NCBI GenBank assembly: GCA_964247135.1
Contig: CAXTTL010000108.1
Location: 1-15,698, forward strand
DNA: 15,698 nt
Reading direction: 5' to 3'
Origin: an uncultured Deinococcales bacterium
GTDB taxonomy: Bacteria > Deinococcota > Deinococci > Deinococcales > JAAFIG01
The first letter of the stretch is position 1. Each line of letters starts with the position of its first letter. Positions 9,509 to 15,698 of the stretch are shown one piece after another. The notes beneath the pieces are model-generated. The model ran no database searches. It worked only from the letters and a program-made list of their open reading frames with translations, and was not told the DNA's origin. Made by a program: the position numbers and the translations under genes.

Positions 9509-10110
9509 AACGCATTGGTTTAACCGGCAGTATTGGCGCGGGCAAAAGCACGGTGGCTAAAATGTTACGCGAAAAGGGCATTCCGGTACTCGACGCCGAT
9601 GCCGTGGCTCGAGAGATTTCAAATTCGCTCGAGGTTCGAGACGCTGTTCGAGAAAGCTTCGGCGCCGAATATGTGCTCGAACACGGTTTAAACCGCCCAA
9701 AACTGGCGGAACTGGTTTTTGCCAAACCCGAGGCTCGGGCGCAACTGAACGCGATCATTCACCCAAAGGTTCGTATTGAAATGAACCGATTGCAACTCGA
9801 TCTCGAAAAAACTGGAGTCGCCGCCGTGGTTCAGGATATTCCATTGTTGTTTGAAAGCAAACTCGAGGGTTTATTTGACGCCGTGATCTTGGTCGATGCG
9901 CCACTCGAGACTCGACTGAAACGGGTCTTGGCTCGAGACGGCATTGCGCGTGAAGACTTTCTGGCTCGTGACGCGGCGCAAATGCCAGCCAGTGAAAAAC
10001 GACTTCGCGCCGCCCTGACGCTCGAGAATGCTGGTGACGGGTTGAAACTTTTAAGGCAGCTCGATGACGCACTGTTGAAACTTGGAATAATGCCAAAGAA
10101 TCGGCATTAA
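9505..10110 (+). CDS. coaE: Dephospho-CoA kinase
   Basis: IGLTGSIGAGKSTV P-loop, DADAVAR, LNRPKLAELVF, LNAIIHP, DIPLLFE, QMPASEK; ATGA overlap with the MgtC stop. Confidence 0.95.
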   Translation: MKRIGLTGSIGAGKSTVAKMLREKGIPVLDADAVAREISNSLEVRDAVRESFGAEYVLEHGLNRPKLAELVFAKPEARAQLNAIIHPKVRIEMNRLQLDLEKTGVAAVVQDIPLLFESKLEGLFDAVILVDAPLETRLKRVLARDGIAREDFLARDAAQMPASEKRLRAALTLENAGDGLKLLRQLDDALLKLGIMPKNRH

Positions 10111-10146
10111 AATCTTCAGACCAACAGTGAAACGGTTGTTGAAGAC

Positions 10147-10751
10147 TCAGCGCTTGCGCTGGTGGTAACGGCGCATCTTGTCTCGAGCGCCGCAGGTATC
10201 CATGCTGCACCATCGCCGACTTCCGTTTTTGCTTGAGTCTACAAACAACCAGCCGCAGTCTGGGCAAGCCTTAAGCCGCTCGAGGGTCGCATCACCGAGC
10301 AGGCGAATTGCGTCGTGCGAGATCGGATGAAGAATGACTTCGGTCTCGTTGCTGATCGCCCAACGTGGTCTGTACGTACTTCGGTGTGCACAAGTTTGGC
10401 GCTGGCGATTGCTCTGGTGTGCGCCTTGAGCACTTTTTGAAGATCGCCTTGGGCGGGAGTGACCTGTGCCGCCAGACTCGAAAACACGCGTTTGAGAACT
10501 TCGCGCAGCTTGTGAGCGCGTTTTATCGAGTCGCTGGCGAGTTTAGGGTTACGTTGGGCGAGTTGCTCGAGTTGTCTTGCTTGACCCTTTGAAAGCAAAC
10601 CCATCTCGAGACCCCAGTCTGTCAGGTCAGCGTAAGGAGCGGGGTCGTCAAGTGTTGTGCCGCGGCTCGCAGGGTTGGCGTTGATGAAATCCAGGCACAG
10701 CGTCCCACCCACGCTCGAAGATGGTTTGGGTGTTTCTAAGTCGGGCAGCAT
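10147..10751 (-). pseudogene. ABATE + CGNR zinc-finger transcriptional regulator with a 1-nt frameshift near 10375-10385
   Basis: N-terminus GGTLCLDFINA...DLTDW...LREVLKRVF. A second frame gives YRPRW...ILHPISHDAIRLL...RLKACPDCGWLFVDSSKNGSRRWCSMDTCGARDKMRRYHQRKR*. Span is 605 nt, one short of a multiple of 3. Confidence 0.85.
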
Positions 10752-10760
10752 ATCTGTAGT

Positions 10761-10835
10761 TTACCACCAAAAGCAATTTGACAGGTAATCAGATTTTTTG
10801 TAGAATTTTACCATCTAAATTAGTTTAACTGGTAA
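10761..10835. promoter_or_regulatory. Two TTACC-N18-GGTAA inverted-repeat operators overlapping divergent promoters
   Basis: Copies at 10761-10788 and 10808-10835. Plus-strand promoter TTGACA (10778-10783)-N17-TAGAAT (10801-10806). Minus-strand TGGTAAACT lies 6 nt before the regulator ATG. Confidence 0.75.
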
Positions 10836-10852
10836 AAGATCGAGAGGCGAAA

Positions 10853-12061
10853 ATGCAAGATCATCCAGACAGCCAAAAGCCCCAAGGTGATGGTTTACGG
10901 CTTGGCTCACTGCGTACCTCGAGTCCATTTGTGCGAGGTTCTTGGTACTGCCTGGGGTATTGGGGCATCACCGGAGCTTACCTCAATTTCCTCAACGTGT
11001 TCTTCCACGAAATCAACCTAAGTGTCGGTCAAATCGGTGTCCTGAGCGCCCTCGGTCCATTGCTCGCCATCACACTTGCCCCCTGGTTGGCGTGATGGGC
11101 AGACCGGCAATCGGCACGGGTTGATCTGGTACGAATTGCCTTGATTGGAATTGGGTTCTCTTTGCTAACCCTATTTTTTGCTCGAGGGTTCGCGGTTGTC
11201 CTGGGGGTTTACTTCGTTTTGGTCGCCTTCACCAGCACGGTACAACCCGCCGCTGACGGTTTGATTGCCCGCATGGCAGCCAGTCACCAACTCGAGTATG
11301 GAAGGATGCGTTTGTGGGGTGGGTTGGGGTTTGCGGCGATCTCATCGCTTTCGGGTTTGTTGTGGACTAAATTTGGCTACGCACCAATATTTCTGGCGTG
11401 CGGAACGCTGTTCTTGCTGTTTGCTCCAAGTGCGAGATTGCTCGAGGAGGGCAATGCCGCGCCATTGGATCAGCGTTTTCGGTTGTCCCAAGCATTGCGC
11501 GATCCAGGAATGCAAACGGCGCTGCTGGTGTCGTTGGTGGTTGGATTGGGATGGGGCTTGTCCACACCATTTCTCGGGGTTTACATCGAAATTTTGGGTG
11601 GCAACGCCACCCAGATTGGCGTGTTGTACGCGGTAGCCGCAATCGTCAGTAGCCAAGCAATGAGGCTCCAGGGACGCGGGGTGCAAATTATTGGTGAGGC
11701 AGGCATGTTGGCGCTCGGCTGTGCCTGCATGGCAGTGAACTATGGCGTCATTGCTGCGGTTCGTGATCCGAACTGGTTCATTGTTTCAGGGGCGCTCGAG
11801 GGTGTGGGCTTTGCGTCGTTTTTTATTGGCACAGTGCAAATTGTTGATCGGCGCACAGAAATTGGGCGTTCAATCACCATGCAATCAATCCGTAACGGTT
11901 TGACTTATGGAATTGCCCCGCTGCTGACCAGTCCTGTGGGTGGGTTTGTGTTCGGCAGGTTTGGTGCGGGTGTGTTTGCAATCACAGCCAGTTTGATGCT
12001 CATCGGTGTGTTGATTGCTTTGCTCGGGCGTGAGGGATTTAAACAGTCTACCCATCACTGA
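10853..12061 (+). pseudogene. MFS transporter (MFS_1_like / nucleoside:H+ symporter-like) with in-frame TGA at 11093-11095
   Basis: ORFs 10853-11095 and 11141-12061 share a frame; read-through gives LAPWLA*WADRQ (motif A-like); YGRMRLWGGLGF motif; about 12 hydrophobic segments in total. Confidence 0.85.
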
Positions 12062-12075
12062 AAATCGTCATTTTC

Positions 12076-12104
12076 TTCTCGAGTCGCCAGACTCGAGGGT
12101 CTTT
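12076..12104 (+). terminator. Terminator-like hairpin built from two CTCGAG copies
   Basis: TTCTCGAGTC-GCCA-GACTCGAGGG followed by TCTTT, about 15 nt after the MFS stop. Confidence 0.6.
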
Positions 12105-12145
12105 ACGTCTGACCAAAAGCTTCTTAAAACTGCATAAAATATCCC

Positions 12146-12607
12146 ATGAACGTTCTCAATTCGGTTTTGCTCGCCTCGCGTTGGCTGATGATCGCGCCGG
12201 TCTTTTCCCTCATTTTTGGATCGGGTTATTTTGCTTACCTCACCGCACTCGAGACGATAAAGGGCTTCACCGCCGAATCAACCCAGAAAAGTGCTTTGTA
12301 CTTGATTCAAGCCGTGGACTCGAGCCTTTTGGCGGCGGTCTTGCTGATTTTTGCCCTCGGTTTGTACGAGTTGTTTATCGCGCCCATTGTTGTACCAGAA
12401 GACCATCCTTTCAGGCGGGTGTTGGTGATCGAATCGCTCGACGATCTCAAAGGCAAACTCGCCACGGTGATTGTCATGCTGCTGGTGGTCAAGTTTTTTG
12501 AACGCAGCCAGGAATTAAAAAGCGCAAATTTCCTCGACCTGCTGATGCTGGCGGGCGGCGTGGCGTTGCTCGGCGTGGGCTTGTGGTTGACCAAAAAGCA
12601 GCAATAA
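12146..12607 (+). CDS. YqhA (UPF0114) family membrane protein
   Basis: SRWLMIAPV, VDSSLLAAVLLIFALGLYELFI, IESLDDLKGKLATVIV; TAAAAT 5 nt upstream of ATG. Confidence 0.85.
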   Translation: MNVLNSVLLASRWLMIAPVFSLIFGSGYFAYLTALETIKGFTAESTQKSALYLIQAVDSSLLAAVLLIFALGLYELFIAPIVVPEDHPFRRVLVIESLDDLKGKLATVIVMLLVVKFFERSQELKSANFLDLLMLAGGVALLGVGLWLTKKQQ

Positions 12608-12623
12608 GTTTGGGTTAGACCCC

Positions 12624-12652
12624 TTGAAAGCCTTGTTCAAACTTGCTACAGT
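12624..12652 (+). promoter_or_regulatory. Sigma70-type promoter for the riboswitch-terC transcript
   Basis: TTGAAA (12624-12629)-N17-TACAGT (12647-12652), about 10 nt before the riboswitch. Confidence 0.6.
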
Positions 12653-12663
12653 CACATGACAAC

Positions 12664-12776
12664 TTGAGGGAGTAGCCACCTTTTGGCGCTCGAGGTCGTC
12701 AATACGAAAGTCATCGGCTTTCCGTCTCGGGCACAGTTTTTAAGACTTCGGTTTTAAACCTGATGGCGAGACTCAA
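12664..12776 (+). ncRNA. yybP-ykoY manganese riboswitch
   Basis: TTGAGGGAGTAGCCA...TCGTCAATAC...TGGCGAGACTCAA; P1 TTGAG/CTCAA; stem GCTCGAGG/TCTCGGGC; a UUCG-capped arm; lies immediately before the GGAGG SD of a TerC/Alx gene. Confidence 0.9.
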
Positions 12777-12785
12777 ATCGGAGGA

Positions 12786-13727
12786 ATGATGGATATCCCG
12801 ATTTGGGCTTGGCTCGCATTTTTATTTGGCGTGTTGGTGATGTTGGCACTCGATTTGGGCGTTTTCAACCGCAAGTCGAGTGTCGTCTCGAGCAAACAGG
12901 CGGCGATTTGGTCGGCGGTTTGGGTCATGCTGTCACTTTGTTTTGCCGGTTTGATGTTTTTTTGGCAAGGTCCGCAACGCGGTCTGGAATGGATCACCGG
13001 TTACTTGATCGAGTACAGCCTGGCGGTCGACAATATTTTTGTCTTTGTGCTCGTGTTCAGCGCATTTGCCGTCCCCGTCGCCCACAGACGGCGCGTACTG
13101 TTTTGGGGCATTATCGGCGCATTGGTCATGCGCGGCGCGATGATTGCCCTCGGCGCGGCATTGCTCGAACAATTTCACTGGATTTTATACGTCTTTGGCG
13201 GGATACTTTTGCTTGCGGGTTACAGCATGATGTTCAGTAAAAAAGAGCAAGCGAGCGATCTCGAGCACTACGAATTCGTCAAACTGGCACGGCGGTTGAT
13301 CAAGATTTCACCACAATACGACGGACAAAAATTTTTCACCGTGCAAAACGGAATGCGCACGGCGACGCCGCTGTTTTTGGTTTTGATCGTGATCGAATTG
13401 ACCGATTTGGTTTTTGCCGTGGACAGCATTCCCGCCGTTTTTGCGGTCACTCGAGAGCCGTTTATTGTTTTTACCAGTAACGTCATGGCAATTCTTGGAC
13501 TTCGCAGTTTGTACGTGCTGCTCGAGGGTTTTGTGGATCGGTTTGTCTATTTAAAAACGGGCTTGTCGATCATTTTGGTCTTTATCGGCGCAAAATTATT
13601 GTTGCTGGACATTTTTAAAATCCCGACAGCCATCTCGCTTGTCGTGGTGATCTCGGTACTCGCCATCAGCGTCATTGCCAGCATCCTGAAAACCCCAAAC
13701 ACGCGCAAGGTTCTCGAGAAAGCATAA
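12786..13727 (+). CDS. alx: TerC/Alx family metal (Mn) homeostasis membrane protein
   Basis: LALDLGVF, GYLIEYSLAVDNIFVF, RVLFWGIIGALVMRG, ATPLFLVL, DLVFAVDSIPAVFAVT, FIVFTSNVMAILGLRSLY. Confidence 0.92.
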   Translation: MMDIPIWAWLAFLFGVLVMLALDLGVFNRKSSVVSSKQAAIWSAVWVMLSLCFAGLMFFWQGPQRGLEWITGYLIEYSLAVDNIFVFVLVFSAFAVPVAHRRRVLFWGIIGALVMRGAMIALGAALLEQFHWILYVFGGILLLAGYSMMFSKKEQASDLEHYEFVKLARRLIKISPQYDGQKFFTVQNGMRTATPLFLVLIVIELTDLVFAVDSIPAVFAVTREPFIVFTSNVMAILGLRSLYVLLEGFVDRFVYLKTGLSIILVFIGAKLLLLDIFKIPTAISLVVVISVLAISVIASILKTPNTRKVLEKA

Positions 13728-13756
13728 AAAAAGCTCAAGCCAAAATTGAAAGGAGT

Positions 13757-13894
13757 TTGATAAGAATTTGCCCCATTGATAAAGCACGATTTCTTAAATT
13801 CAACAAATTTGGCGTCATGATCGATATCTGCCCAGAATGCAAAAACGTCTGATTGGATCGCGGCGAACTCGAGACATGCGACCCGAACGAGTAA
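13757..13894 (+). pseudogene. Decayed zf-TFIIB (Zn-ribbon) domain gene, absent from the ORF track
   Basis: After SD AAGGAG the frame reads (L)IRICPIDKARFLKFNKFGVMIDICPECKNV*LDRGELET..., matching the family pattern GVxIDxCPxCxGVWLDRGELE; the Trp codon is TGA (13850-13852). Confidence 0.8.
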
Positions 13895-13969
13895 CACTCA
13901 GCACCTGGCTTCTCAAACTTCGCACGCCGCTTTACCACTGATGCCAACTTGAGCGCAGCGTCCGGAAGT

Positions 13970-14206
13970 TCATTTCGGCAGCGTCTTCCAGCGCTCGAGC
14001 ACTTCCACGGGCACCTTCGGGAAGTTGGTCGGAACCGCCCGCCCCGCCTGATCTCTCTCGTTCAGCCCGTGGTACGAAATCCAAACATGGACCTCGCCAG
14101 GCTGGAACATGACCCAGTTCCGCTCGCGCACGACCGGCGTGCCAGAAGCGTCGGTGAGCTGCCCGGTCATCGCTAGGCTGGGAAGACGGCTGCGACGTTT
14201 CTCGAG
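13970..14206 (-). other. Possible orphan gene fragment or 66-aa hypothetical ORF (ATG 14170)
   Basis: Protein-like reading (LEKRRSRLPSLA)MTGQLTDASGTPVVRERNWVMFQPGEVHVWISYHG...; no clear RBS; family not recognised. Confidence 0.3.
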
Positions 14207-14249
14207 GCGCGGACCCGTGTCGGCACTGCAAGGTTTCGGGCGCCTGCCC

Positions 14250-14831
14250 TCAACGCTTGGTTAAAGCCAGCCAATCGCCCATCAGCTTCGCCTCGAGCAG
14301 TTGAGCCGAAGTTGGGGCGGTGCTCAGAACCGTCACGCTCAGCTTGAGGCTCGCCTTCGGTGGTCGCACGACGGCAAGAACGTCGTTTTCCGTATACAAG
14401 CCGATCAGATCGCCATCGTCCACTTTTTTGTTGCCGTTCACGTCCTGCCAGGCGATCAGGGCGTACTGACCATCCTCGAGTTTGGTGGCGCTGAACGCGG
14501 CGCTCTGGGTGCCGCTGCCGACAGTTACGAGCTGGCTTTTGGTCGCGTCGCACGCATCGGTCGCGTAGAAACAAGCCAGCACGACCGTGCCTTGGATCGT
14601 CGCGGGCGCTTGTACGTTCAAGCTCAGGGTGGCATGGTGGGTCTTGGCGCCGGCGGTGCCGCGCACGGTGAAGCTGTAAAGACCGTTGGTCACGCTTGAA
14701 CCGACCGCGACACTCAGGGTTGCTTGGGTGGCGGTGACGCTCGAAAAGGTCGCGGTGATGCCTGTCGGCACGTTCACCGCAGTCAAACCCACCGCATCAC
14801 TGAACCCGCCAACCCTCGAGATGTTCACTGT
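14250..14831 (-). pseudogene. C-terminal fragment of a secreted protein, probably an S8 serine peptidase tail (Ig-like domain + Ca-binding loop)
   Basis: TVNISRVGGFSDAVGLTAVNVPTGITATF...GLYSFTVRGTAG is Ig-like; GTVVLACFY...C...YALIAWQDVNGNKKVDDGDLIG follows; no start, signal peptide or catalytic domain upstream. Confidence 0.6.
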
Positions 14832-15696
14832 CCCAAGCAAGCCCGTCGCGGTACGCTTTTGGCAGCCGTTCAATCGCAACATACATGGCTGCCCTCTGAC
14901 CAGCGCTGGAATGGCATTTCGCCATCAGCACGAGTGCCTGGTTTTTGACTGTCGGGTTCAGACTCAAAGCCAACTCTTCTAAAAGCGCAAAAACCTGCTG
15001 GCTGTCCGAACTGCTACTTAAACCTCGAGCTGCCTCTAAAGCAAGTTCGTTTCTGGTTTCGCCCGTCGTGTACTTTAAAGCTTGAACGCGAACGTGTGCG
15101 GCAGCCACAACATCACCTTGGATTTCAAGTCTCAATGCGGCACTTTTCAGAATGCTTAAAGCTTGTGTAGGCTCGAGGTTTGCGATTTCGATCAATTGAT
15201 GGGTTTTTTCAGGCGTGTCTTGCAGCGCTTTGATGGCTGCGCGGGCAAGTTTGGTCAGTCGTGTTTTTGAAATGTTTTTGAAGCCCACTTCACGGTACAA
15301 GGGATGCGCAAATTCGGATTGGAACAAAATGCCGTTGCGCTCCAATACCCGCTTGGCTTTTTGAAAATCTTGAAGCTCGAGCTTTGCGACCTCAGACCAC
15401 AGTTCTGGTGTGCAATCCAAACCCAACACGGCTTTCGCGCCCAAAACCGCCTCGAGTTCCGGGGTATTCGCCGCATCTTTCAAAGTCTGCTCGAGCAGCG
15501 CTTCAACGGTGACTGGCATCAGCTCAAATTCTGGTTTGCGCCATCGCCATTGTTTACCGTCGCTCCAAACAAACCCCTGCCTTGCCAGAAACCTGAAAAA
15601 CTCTACGGTAAACAGTGGATTCCCAGCCGCCCTCCCATGAATCCAGGTCATCGCCTTTGTTGGCAACAAGGCTTGAGCTTCATTTTCAAGCAGCTT
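14797..15696 (-). pseudogene. Large ATPase/TPR-type (AfsR/MalT-like) transcriptional regulator; 5' end outside window, 3' end apparently truncated
   Basis: AAGNPLFTVEFFRFLARQG, MPVTVEAL and FAHPLYRE motifs, then helical repeats that end abruptly where the Ig-like fragment begins. Confidence 0.65.
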
Positions 15697-15698
15697 TT

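Larger units (their letters stand above)
28..15495. repeat. Highly iterated palindrome CTCGAG (about 89 dispersed copies)
   Basis: Hand count about 89 (about 5.7 per kb) against about 4 expected for a random 6-mer in 15.7 kb. Confidence 0.9.

Noticed and set aside
10113-10146. Imperfect hairpin between convergent coaE and the CGNR gene
   Set aside because: The stem (TCTTCA..CAAC / GTTG.TGAAGA) is bulged and lacks a clear U tract; too weak to call a terminator.
10365-10400. Programmed ribosomal frameshift in the CGNR regulator
   Set aside because: No slippery X XXY YYZ heptamer or homopolymer at the shift site. The GTACGTAC duplication does not restore the frame when removed.
11093-13852. 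TGA recoding (Trp or Sec) to explain in-frame TGA codons in the MFS and zf-TFIIB genes
   Set aside because: aspS, etfB, nagA and MgtC end at TGA where expected, and Trp is normally TGG; both lesions fit single transitions.
1-15698. CRISPR array, IS element, tRNA/rRNA
   Set aside because: No regularly spaced long repeats, transposase ORFs, terminal inverted repeats or tRNA/rRNA motifs seen; CTCGAG spacing is irregular.
1-15698. Cyanobacterial HIP1 (GCGATCGC)
   Set aside because: Not noticed while reading; the iterated word is CTCGAG.

Overview
Bacterial chromosomal window, probably Deinococcota (inferred from leaderless-type promoters and protein styles). Left to right: 3' part of aspS; a secreted class A beta-lactamase-like serine hydrolase; a GH55-like beta-1,3-glucanase lipoprotein; nagA with a DUF885-like metallopeptidase; etfB-etfA; MgtC/SapB-coaE; a divergent ABATE/CGNR zinc-finger regulator and MFS transporter, both broken, sharing two TTACC-N18-GGTAA operators; a YqhA membrane protein; a yybP-ykoY Mn riboswitch upstream of TerC/Alx followed by a decayed zf-TFIIB gene; and a mosaic right end where a large ATPase-type regulator is fused out of frame to the tail of a probable S8 peptidase. 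The strongest unexplained signal is the palindrome CTCGAG: about 89 copies by hand count against roughly 4 expected. It occurs in all reading frames, forms intergenic hairpin stems, is depleted in likely acquired genes and lies at or near breakpoints, which suggests a HIP1-like highly iterated palindrome system.
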